Below, piece by piece: positions 36,179 to 44,078 of a stretch of 64,000 bases of DNA. Numbering within the stretch: the stretch's first letter is position 1; every line of letters begins with the position of its first letter. The translations under genes and the position numbers were made by a program. Under the pieces are notes generated by a model. That model made no database searches. It saw only the letters and a program-made list of their open reading frames with translations, and had not been told where the DNA came from. The stretch spans positions 9,025-73,024 of the forward strand of contig CAZKVR010000004.1 of NCBI GenBank assembly GCA_964556395.1, given 5' to 3'. This DNA comes from an uncultured Methanosarcinales archaeon (lineage in GTDB: Archaea > Nanobdellota > Nanobdellia > Woesearchaeales > WJKR01).

Positions 36179-36255
36179 ACTACCCCCTCTAGAGACAGCG
36201 TTTTTAAATTCTGTTGTGGGCAGACCCATAGCTACCGATAGGTATACCAGACCAT

Positions 36256-36753
36256 TCACGTACGCTCGCCGAGGTTGAGGATGGAATCAATGGACTGGCT
36301 GCGCACCTCACCGGAAGACGCGTGTATGCGAACGTTGATGAGCGAGAACGCCTGGGTGACGAGAGTGAGGTTCCACGTCGGGGCGCCGTCGAGGGTCTGG
36401 AGGATGACGATCGTCTTGTTCACCAACTCCTTAGGATACTTGTCCTGGCGCACCTGCTCGGCGGTCGCCAAGGCGTCGTCCAAGGAGACCTCGACCTCAT
36501 CAGCCTCCAAAGGCGGGACGTGGCCGGACTCGCGGAAAGCCTCGTCCTCATCATGCTTGGACACAGACTCATCAGCGACGAAAGAGACTATACGCTCAGT
36601 ATCCTGGGAGTAGAACCCCACCTGCCACGGCGCCCGGCCAGACTTTTCGACCGTGCAGAACCCGTGGGCGAGGTAGTAGCCCTCGCTGCCCCTCATGAAC
36701 TCCTTATAGACATCGCTGTCCTGGACATGCTCCAAAGCCTCGTGGAATCTCAT
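36256..36753 (-). CDS. Hypothetical protein
   Basis: It has host codon style. The start is set at MRFHEALEH (36753), 28 nt from ACATTTAAAC. Confidence 0.6.
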   Translation of the reverse strand: MRFHEALEHVQDSDVYKEFMRGSEGYYLAHGFCTVEKSGRAPWQVGFYSQDTERIVSFVADESVSKHDEDEAFRESGHVPPLEADEVEVSLDDALATAEQVRQDKYPKELVNKTIVILQTLDGAPTWNLTLVTQAFSLINVRIHASSGEVRSQSIDSILNLGERT

Positions 36754-36792
36754 ACCCAGAGGCCGAGCAAGCACGGTTTAAATGTTTTTTCG

Positions 36793-37038
36793 TCAGTCGA
36801 ACACCATCTTCTTGACGGTGACGCCGAGCCCGCGCAGGCGCTCCTCGAAGGAGAGAAGCTCATCACCGGTGCCGACGAGGTCTAGGAGGATGTAAGCATC
36901 CTTCGTGGCGTGATCGCCGTGGACGTCATGCAAGCCCACACGAGTCTTGATAAGCCCACCATTGTCAGTCAACACCTTCTGCACGTCCGTGGCGAGGGCG
37001 TGGCGGTCCTCCACCCGCAACCCGAGAATAGTCTTCAT
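36793..37038 (-). CDS. Small ACT-like protein (TM1266-like family)
   Basis: MKTILGLRVEDRHALATDVQKVLTDNGGLIKTRVGLHDV... follows the pattern of the TM1266-type small regulators. The start at 37038 lies 29 nt from GTTATATAC. Confidence 0.5.
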   Translation of the reverse strand: MKTILGLRVEDRHALATDVQKVLTDNGGLIKTRVGLHDVHGDHATKDAYILLDLVGTGDELLSFEERLRGLGVTVKKMVFD

Positions 37039-37267
37039 ACCGGCTGCAAAGGAAGAGGAAGTATATAACAGTGACGGTCCACAGAATTGTAGAAAAAGTC
37101 CGAGCATACGGGCCAGGTATTGGTGCTTTCAATAAACAACACCCTCCCTGTTTATAAAAAATTATCCTTGCAAGAGCCATTCAGGTGCCGCCAACCAAGG
37201 TACGAGTGATTCTCTACAAAGCCAACCCACAGAAGTTTTTTAAAAGAACACATATTTGCTTGCGTTC

Positions 37268-38317
37268 ATGCTTCCGCAAGAGGCCGTCGAAGAGCTGGAG
37301 AAACAGCAATACCGCGTCGTCGGAGAGAACAAGCACTCCAGCGTCAAGGTGTGCGGCTGGACGAAGAACAGCCTCACCGGCAAAGGGACGTGCTACAAGC
37401 ACCGGTTCTATGGCATCCGAAGCCACCAATGCCTCCAGATGAGCACTGCGATGAGCTGCGCGAACAGGTGCGTGTTCTGCTGGCGCGGCTACAAGGCGCC
37501 CGTCTCCAAGGAGTGGCCGTGCGGAGTGGACGAGCCGGACGACATCATCGAGGAGAGCATCGAAGCCCACAAGGACCTCCTCACCGGCTACGGCGGCCAC
37601 CACGACAAGGACGAGAAGCTCTTCGCAGAGGCCCAGACGCCGAGGCATGTGGCGTTATCGCTCACCGGAGAACCGATCACCTACCCGAAGATCAACGAAA
37701 TCATCAGGAAGTTCCACGAGCGCGGCATCAGCACGTTCATGGTGACGAACGCGCAATACCCGGACGAGATCGCAGCGCTGGAACCGGTCACCCAACTCTA
37801 CCTCAGCATCGACGCGCCGACGGAAGAACTGCTCAAGCGGGTGGACGCCCCGCTGTTCCAGGACTACTGGGAGCGCATGCTCCGAAGCCTCGACACCCTG
37901 AAGGAGAAGGAAGGCCGGACGACGATCAGGCTGACGATGATCAAAGGCTGGAACATGACCTTGCCGGAGCGGTACGCCGAGCTCATCAGGCGCGGAGACC
38001 CGGACTTCGTCGAGGTGAAAGCGTACATGTTCGTCGGAGCCTCGCGGCAACGGCTCAGCATGGAGAACATGCCCTACCACGCGGACGTGAAAGCGTTCGC
38101 GGACGAGGTCGTCAAGCACCTGCCGGGCTACAGCGTGGCGGACGAGCACGAGCCGAGCAGGGTGGTATTGTTGGCCAAGGACGAGTTCTACGACGACGAG
38201 TGGAAGACGTGGATCGACTTCGACGCGTTCTTCAAGGCCTGGGAACGGCACGAGCAGGACGGCGCCCCGGTACGGAAAGAGGACTGCACGACGCGCCGGA
38301 CCCACCGCAAGGAATAA
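37268..38317 (+). CDS. taw1: tRNA 4-demethylwyosine synthase (Taw1/TYW1), radical SAM
   Basis: It has the CANRCVFCWR cluster motif, an upstream Cys-rich segment (VKVCGW..GTCYKH..HQC) and the archaeal Taw1 length. The ATG at 37268 lies 28 nt from TTTTTTAAAAG. Confidence 0.85.
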   Translation: MLPQEAVEELEKQQYRVVGENKHSSVKVCGWTKNSLTGKGTCYKHRFYGIRSHQCLQMSTAMSCANRCVFCWRGYKAPVSKEWPCGVDEPDDIIEESIEAHKDLLTGYGGHHDKDEKLFAEAQTPRHVALSLTGEPITYPKINEIIRKFHERGISTFMVTNAQYPDEIAALEPVTQLYLSIDAPTEELLKRVDAPLFQDYWERMLRSLDTLKEKEGRTTIRLTMIKGWNMTLPERYAELIRRGDPDFVEVKAYMFVGASRQRLSMENMPYHADVKAFADEVVKHLPGYSVADEHEPSRVVLLAKDEFYDDEWKTWIDFDAFFKAWERHEQDGAPVRKEDCTTRRTHRKE

Positions 38318-38344
38318 AAACACGAGTTCTAGAGAACAGGACCT

Positions 38345-38971
38345 TTGGGACCGCGACAGCTACGACGGCTCGGACAAGCCTTTGAGATACTGCTCGTCTT
38401 CATAGGGCTCCCACTCCTGTTCGCCCTCACCGAACCCATGCCGCGGCTCCTCGCCATAAGCCTGGCAGGGCTCGCCTACCTGGCGGTGTTGCTGAACGAC
38501 AAGACGTTCGACAAGCACCGGTTCGGATTCAACGGGTTCAAGCACTGGAACGTCCTCATACTCCGGTTCAGCGTGTTCGCGCTGCTGTTGACGCCGCTCA
38601 TGCTATTGTTCGCGCCGGAAGCATACCTGCCAGAGCACCTGCGGCAAGGAGCGATGTGGCTCCACCTCCTCGTCGGCTACTCGGTCTTCAGCGTCATCCC
38701 ACAAGCAATCGTCTACAGGGTGTACTTCTTCCACCGGTTCCGAGACCTGTTCAAGAACGACGAAGCGCTGATACTGCTCAACGCGTGCCTGTTCTCATTC
38801 CTCCACATAGTCTACCACAACTGGCTCGCGCTCATCCTCACACTCGTCGGAGGCATCGTGTTCGCCTTCACCTACCTGCACAGCAAGTCGTTCGCAGTCA
38901 CGGCGATAGAACACGCGCTGTACGGGGAGACCCTCTTCATCATAGGCCTGGGAACCTCCTTCACACCCTAA
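38345..38971 (+). CDS. CPBP-family intramembrane protease (CAAX/Abi-like)
   Basis: It is polytopic, with SFLHIVYHNW and EHALYGE motif regions. The TTG start in the track is uncertain. Confidence 0.65.
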   Translation: MGPRQLRRLGQAFEILLVFIGLPLLFALTEPMPRLLAISLAGLAYLAVLLNDKTFDKHRFGFNGFKHWNVLILRFSVFALLLTPLMLLFAPEAYLPEHLRQGAMWLHLLVGYSVFSVIPQAIVYRVYFFHRFRDLFKNDEALILLNACLFSFLHIVYHNWLALILTLVGGIVFAFTYLHSKSFAVTAIEHALYGETLFIIGLGTSFTP

Positions 38972-39016
38972 CACATATAAATGACAGAGACCTGTTCATA
39001 TAAAGGTGATAGGACA

Positions 39017-39502
39017 ATGGGAGACTACGCACGAAAGATAGTCAAGGACGCGGACAAGATCATAGAACTGCTCAACAAGGCTTTGGCCGACGAGTGGCTC
39101 GCATACTACCAGTACTGGATCGCCGCCAAGGTCGTCGAAGGCAAGATGCGACCGAACGTGGAAGCGGAGCTCGACGAGCACGCCAAGGAGGAATTGGAGC
39201 ACGCCGACAAGCTGGCTGACCGAATCGTGGAGCTGGGCGGCACGCCGCTGAAGGACCCGAAGACGTTCGGACAGCACTCCAACTGCGGCTACGACGCGCC
39301 GGAGAAGGAAGACGTCGAGAGCATCCTGGCGGACAACGTCAAGGCGGAGCAGTGCGCCATCCAGGTCTACCACGACCTCATGGACTACTGCAAGGACAGG
39401 GATGCCGTGACATACCACCTGGCGCTGGACATCCTCAAGGACGAGCTCGAGCACGAGCAGGACCTCCAGGACCTCCAGGCAGACCTCTCATACCACAAGT
39501 AA
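39017..39502 (+). CDS. Ferritin/Dps-like four-helix-bundle protein
   Basis: LNKALADEWLAYYQYW...EELEHADKLADRIVELGG...EQCAIQVYHDL...DELEHEQDL are ferroxidase-type E/H ligands. The start is trimmed to MGDYARK. Confidence 0.8.
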   Translation: MGDYARKIVKDADKIIELLNKALADEWLAYYQYWIAAKVVEGKMRPNVEAELDEHAKEELEHADKLADRIVELGGTPLKDPKTFGQHSNCGYDAPEKEDVESILADNVKAEQCAIQVYHDLMDYCKDRDAVTYHLALDILKDELEHEQDLQDLQADLSYHK

Positions 39503-39533
39503 GGAGGACCTTTTCTTTTTTCCTTCTTGAGAA

Positions 39534-40253
39534 CTACCGGCCGTGCACGACGGTGCCCTTGAACGGCTTGCCGGCGACCATCTTATCCAGTTCAGAGTAC
39601 TGGCCTATGAGGAGCGAGAAGCCCTTGTAAGCCCTGCTCTTGCCGACCTGGCACGCCGCAGGGTCCAACGGGTAGTTGCCGCCGGCCACCCACTTGTCAC
39701 CGACGAGCTCGCGCATCTTACCCCACGACATCTCAGGCAAGGGTTGGTACTCCTGCACCTTCTCCTTGTCGAACTTCAAGGCCGGCACGTCGAGGACTAC
39801 CGGGAAGTCGCTCAGCTTGATAGCCTTGTCCGCGTCGAAGCTCTCAGCCAGGACCATCATGTCATAATCCGTGCTGTGGCCGGGCTTGGCGCCCGTGGCG
39901 AGGTAGATGCGATAGCCGGTCGGAGGCCTGGCGTGCGGGTCGATGAGAGGCTCGGGGCAGACGTCATCACCGAAACGGGGTTTGAGCCTCGAGAGGAGGT
40001 AGCGGGCGTTGATCTTCGTCACGGCGATGCCGACCTCGTCGCTGGCGGTGAGCTTCTGGTCCTCCGGGATGACGCCGGTGAGGATGTCCATCGAGGCTTC
40101 CTGGAGCCTGCGGCAGATCTTGCCGCCGCCGATGATGAGGCAGAATATCTCCTTGGGGTGCCGGGCCAAGAGGCCTGCTAGGTGGTCGATGGCCTGCTCG
40201 TCGTACTTGCCGTCCGGGTTGAGGATGCTGCCGCCGTACTTGATGACTATCAT
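39534..40253 (-). CDS. pyrH: Amino-acid-kinase-fold protein, probable archaeal-type UMP kinase
   Basis: It has MIVIKYGGS, IIGGGKICRR and GAKPGHSTDYDMMVLAE. A TTTTAAAC box lies 27 nt upstream. Confidence 0.6.
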   Translation of the reverse strand: MIVIKYGGSILNPDGKYDEQAIDHLAGLLARHPKEIFCLIIGGGKICRRLQEASMDILTGVIPEDQKLTASDEVGIAVTKINARYLLSRLKPRFGDDVCPEPLIDPHARPPTGYRIYLATGAKPGHSTDYDMMVLAESFDADKAIKLSDFPVVLDVPALKFDKEKVQEYQPLPEMSWGKMRELVGDKWVAGGNYPLDPAACQVGKSRAYKGFSLLIGQYSELDKMVAGKPFKGTVVHGR

Positions 40254-40348
40254 ACGAGGTACACCTACAAAAGCTGTTTAAAAGGGCTTCGGTTCTGATG
40301 GAAAGGCTAAAATAGGACCTCTCACCTGGAAAGCGCGGGTGGTTCCAT

Positions 40349-40798
40349 ATGAGAAAGTCATTACGACGGAAAGACAGGGATGAGAAGACTATCAACATCC
40401 TCGTGCAGGAAGGCTTGAAGGAATACTACGAGGACGAGGCGGAGCCGGCCGTGATGGGTGTCTACCACGCGCGAGGGCAGCCGGACACGGACTACGGCCG
40501 CAAGCCGGAAACCATGAGGGAAGGGGACAAGGGTTTCAAGCCGACGCCCAGGCAGGAAGAGGAAAACCCTATCCTGCAGGAATTCGAGGCGTACAGCACC
40601 ACCATGGAACTCCTCAAAGTGCCAGGCAACCATGTGGACGTCATGAGCTTCTCCAACGTCAACCGGAAAGTGGACACGAACTGCCTGAACAACCTGCTCT
40701 ATGGCATGACCGCGCCTCGCTCGACGGCGCTGCCGGAAGAGTCCTACGGCGGCGACGTGACGGCCGATTACAGCCGCACCAAGCAGGAACTGGTGTGA
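40349..40798 (+). CDS. Hypothetical protein
   Basis: It has host-like codon style and no motif I recognise. A CTAAAATAGG box lies about 35 nt upstream. Confidence 0.5.
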   Translation: MRKSLRRKDRDEKTINILVQEGLKEYYEDEAEPAVMGVYHARGQPDTDYGRKPETMREGDKGFKPTPRQEEENPILQEFEAYSTTMELLKVPGNHVDVMSFSNVNRKVDTNCLNNLLYGMTAPRSTALPEESYGGDVTADYSRTKQELV

Positions 40799-41033
40799 AA
40801 GCTTGAGCATGAACCTTTTTCTTGTCCTTTCTCGCATTCTCAGACCGGGCTCCTGAATGGCTCCGGCCAGTATAATCCTTCAGAACGCCATCTCCATACC
40901 TACAGCCACCTAGCGGGTGTTGAGAAGAAAAGAAAAAGCGCGCCCCTGAGGAGCAATGGGGTTGTTGGGGGGTGATGTTGCTCAGGGGGGACAGAGGCGC
41001 GTAAGGAAGAAAGGAGAAAAAAAGTAAACCGCC

Positions 41034-42104
41034 TTATTTGACGATCTCGATGCCGAGCTCCTCGGAGAGCTGTTGTCGGGCCTCGGCCGACTCCTTCGCG
41101 GAGGGCTTGCCGAGGATCCACGGGCTCTTCACGCCGGTGATGATGGTCATCACGGTGAGCTTGCCCTTCATGTCCTCGGCGACGCGAGCGCCCCAGATGA
41201 CGTTGGCGTCGTCATCCATGCTCTCAGTCACCAATTCTCCGGCCTTGGAGATCTCTTCGAGGGTCATCTCGGGTCCGCCTGCGATCTGGATGATGGCTCC
41301 CGTGGCGCCCTCGTAGCTGATGTCGAGGAGCGGGTTGCTCAAGGCGCCCTTGACAGCCTCTTCCACGCGGTTCGCCGTGTCACTGGCGCCCACGCCGATG
41401 GCCGCGACGCCGCCGTCGGTCATGATGGTCTTGACGTCGGCGTAGTCGAGGTTGACCAGGCTGGGGACCGCGATGGTCTCGACGATGCCTTTGATCATGG
41501 TCGCTATGAGCTCGTTCGCCACGGCGAAGGCCTGTTGTACCGGGAGGTTGCCCGCGATCTGGACGAGGCGGTTGTTGTCGATGACGATGACCGTGTCGGA
41601 GACTTTCCGGAGTTGTTGGAGTCCGAACTCGGCCTTGTCGATCCTGGCGCGCTCGATCTTGAACGGCATCGTGACGGTGCCGATGACGATGGAGCCCGCG
41701 TCCTTGGCGACCTGCGCCACGACGGGGGCCGCGCCGGTGCCGGTGCCGCCGCCCATGCCGGCGCACACGAAGACCATGTCCGAGTCCTTGAGTGATTCCT
41801 TGATCGTCTGGATGCTCTCCTGGGCCGCTTCGGCGCCTTTCTCAGGGAAGCCGCCGCATCCCAGTCCTCGCGTGATGTCCTGGCCAAGTAGGAACTTGCG
41901 GTCGGCCTCGACCATCTTGAGGTGCTGCTGGTCCGTGTTGCACGCGATGATCTCGGCACCTTGGATGCCTTTCACGTACAGCCAGTTGACCATGTTGCCG
42001 CCTGCGCCACCTGCGCCGACTACCTTGATGTTCGCTTGTCCGACCTCTACTTCTTCGAAGTTGTTCGGGTTGTTCTTCTTGGCGTTGTCCACAATAAAAT
42101 CCAT
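41034..42104 (-). CDS. ftsZ: Cell division GTPase FtsZ
   Basis: It has GAGGAGGN, the GMGGGTGTGAAPV tubulin signature and a C-terminal linker and tail. Confidence 0.97.
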   Translation of the reverse strand: MDFIVDNAKKNNPNNFEEVEVGQANIKVVGAGGAGGNMVNWLYVKGIQGAEIIACNTDQQHLKMVEADRKFLLGQDITRGLGCGGFPEKGAEAAQESIQTIKESLKDSDMVFVCAGMGGGTGTGAAPVVAQVAKDAGSIVIGTVTMPFKIERARIDKAEFGLQQLRKVSDTVIVIDNNRLVQIAGNLPVQQAFAVANELIATMIKGIVETIAVPSLVNLDYADVKTIMTDGGVAAIGVGASDTANRVEEAVKGALSNPLLDISYEGATGAIIQIAGGPEMTLEEISKAGELVTESMDDDANVIWGARVAEDMKGKLTVMTIITGVKSPWILGKPSAKESAEARQQLSEELGIEIVK

Positions 42105-42303
42105 CTGTCTTTTCCCCCGTTGTTGTTTTATCTTTCGATTGTTGACCCGCGTCGTTTCAGGCGCGAATCAGCGGGATTCTCCACCACACCCACGTTTCTG
42201 AGGAAGTCAAATCCCTATGAGTATACATGATTGCGACGGTTCTATATAAATATTATTGAGATGCTATTTACATACTAGAAAATTATTTTCTACCTGTTGA
42301 AAC

Positions 42304-42834
42304 TTATTGTTCGTAGAGTAGGACCTTCTTGCCAGGGTAGAGCCCCATGCTGCTCATCTGGTTGTACTGGTCGGGAGCGAGCGTGAGGTAGATGATCTTG
42401 AAGCCGTAGGTCTCCTTGGCCCTGTAGGAGGCGTTCCTGATGAGGTCGTGGTCGAGGTCGTTCCCTATTATCAATAGGTTGGCCTTGAGGGATTCCTCCT
42501 TGCCATGGAGGACGACCATCTCGACGTGAGGATCCTGTTTTATCTCTTCGACGAACTCCTGGACAGCTGATTTCCGGTCGGCGAGGATGTCTGCCAGGAA
42601 CCCGGCGTTCTCGTCGTGGAGCTGGTAGAACTTGAAGCGTTTCACCTTGGATTCTGTGATGAGCTCTATCTTGAGGAGTTGTTGGACGACGCGGTAGGTG
42701 GTCGCGGGCGGGACTTTCGCCCGTTTGGCGAGTTCTCGCAGGTAGAATTGCTGGTCTGGGTTGTTGATGAACACCCGGAATATCTTGAGGAGTTGGTTGT
42801 CGATGAGCGCTGCGAGGATGTCTTTCTTTTCCAT
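42304..42834 (-). CDS. Winged-helix transcriptional regulator with a C-terminal alpha/beta domain
   Basis: FYLRELAKRAKVPPATTYRVVQQLLKIELI is a wHTH. The start lies 27 nt from the GTTTAAATAG box at 42857-42866. Confidence 0.7.
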   Translation of the reverse strand: MEKKDILAALIDNQLLKIFRVFINNPDQQFYLRELAKRAKVPPATTYRVVQQLLKIELITESKVKRFKFYQLHDENAGFLADILADRKSAVQEFVEEIKQDPHVEMVVLHGKEESLKANLLIIGNDLDHDLIRNASYRAKETYGFKIIYLTLAPDQYNQMSSMGLYPGKKVLLYEQ

Positions 42835-42884
42835 CTATTCGCCTGTTAGAGCGCTTCTATTTAAACATTTCTGTTTTCTGGAAC

Positions 42885-43205
42885 AGTGTTCCTTTTCAGG
42901 AACGTTGTTTCTATTTTGGAACGTGTGTTTATGAGGGTTTTGGCAGGGTCGCAAGAACATCAAGATGACAGACATCGGAGGAAAAAGGCCGCCCTGCGAG
43001 GAGAATGATTGTGGGGTGTGGTGGGAACAACGAGGTGTTCTGCAGGGCGGAAAAAGTATCGATCCGGTGCATCCGCAAAGGGTGAGTGAGGTGGTGTGAG
43101 GTGTGTGAGGTCGGCAAAGAATATTGCCGCGGACGCACCGGTCGATGATTGATGATGGTTGACGGGTGGAAGACCACACATCTTTCATCACCAACTAGTG
43201 ATACT
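42885..43205 (+). ncRNA. Candidate structured non-coding RNA (identity unknown)
   Basis: The 420-bp spacer has no credible ORF. Two tandem GC-clamped modules are present (42989-42997 pairs with 43042-43050; 43064-43076 pairs with 43129-43141). Each encloses a G/T-rich single strand and a 5-bp inner hairpin. A promoter 13-mer identical to that of the next gene lies upstream at 42853-42865. Confidence 0.35.
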
Positions 43206-43253
43206 GTATGTGGAAGCTTCTATTTAAATGTTTCGGTTATTTAGCACTAATGA

Positions 43254-44078
43254 GTGACAAAAAAAGGAAATGTTATAAATTCCTGGCACCCACCCCCACC
43301 CGTGACAACCCAAGAAGAGCTCGAGACACTCACCAAACAAACCCTCACCAGACTCGCCCAAGACATCTTCCAGGTAGAAAGACCCCCAAACCCGATCGTG
43401 AAGTACGACCCCCACACAGAGTACCCAAACCACCACGAAGGCACCATCACCTACAACACCCCCAACCCGAAAGCGATCTACGAGGAGACCGCACACTACC
43501 TCCACGAACACCACAAGAGAGAAAAGACCAAAGGACTCGACACCCTCACAAGATTCTTCAGAAGGACCAACGAGGAAGCACTCGGCTACTTCAGCAGGCA
43601 CTTCTCAAGACAAGAAAGCAAGGACACCCTGGCTGACGCGCTCGAACACCCCGAACCACACCCCTTCTCGACGAGCCTCGCCAAAGACATCCACGAGAGC
43701 ATCACCACCATCATCTCAGCGGCAGACCAGAAAGACTACGCCACAGCCACAGGCCCCAAGACCCGGAAAGCCATCGACGACTACCTCAACCCACACACCA
43801 GACCGAGAGCGCCACCCGAAGCCCACATGAACCTCGCGCTCCCCCGAGAACTCTCACGACACACCCCAACCATCATGGCAACCCTCAAAGACCTCAAGAC
43901 CTACAGCAAAGCCATACACCTCCTCGGCTACCAGCTCGGAGACGACCTCCACACATACTATGAAGAATCACCAGATCAGGCCAGGAAGCTCGCCAGGAAG
44001 ATGCTCACCGCAACCGAGAAAGACTCCATCAAGACAGTACTCGAAGCCAGCAAAGAAATCTACAGCCGGAAGCGCTAA
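43254..44078 (+). CDS. Hypothetical protein (orphan)
   Basis: It has host codon style. The GTG start lies 28-30 nt from the TATTTAAAT box at 43221-43229. I recognise no domain. Confidence 0.6.
   Translation: MTKKGNVINSWHPPPPVTTQEELETLTKQTLTRLAQDIFQVERPPNPIVKYDPHTEYPNHHEGTITYNTPNPKAIYEETAHYLHEHHKREKTKGLDTLTRFFRRTNEEALGYFSRHFSRQESKDTLADALEHPEPHPFSTSLAKDIHESITTIISAADQKDYATATGPKTRKAIDDYLNPHTRPRAPPEAHMNLALPRELSRHTPTIMATLKDLKTYSKAIHLLGYQLGDDLHTYYEESPDQARKLARKMLTATEKDSIKTVLEASKEIYSRKR

Noticed and set aside
37185-37442. An 85-aa GTG-start ORF located 27 nt after a TGTTTATAAAAAAT box
   Set aside because: It is Arg/Ser-rich and reads off-frame across the 5' part of taw1. The box is more plausibly associated with the divergent minus-strand gene or is a second taw1 promoter element.
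42977-42990. GGAGGAAAAAGGCC, reminiscent of the RNase P RNA CR-I motif (GAGGAAAGUCC), with a GAUGAUUGA string at about 43143-43155 reminiscent of CR-IV
   Set aside because: The GUCC core is not conserved, and I could not find a complementary P4 3' strand (CGGCUUA-like) or the ACAGAA motif. An SRP RNA helix-8 motif (GGAA...AGCAGC) is also absent. The region is kept only as an unidentified ncRNA candidate.
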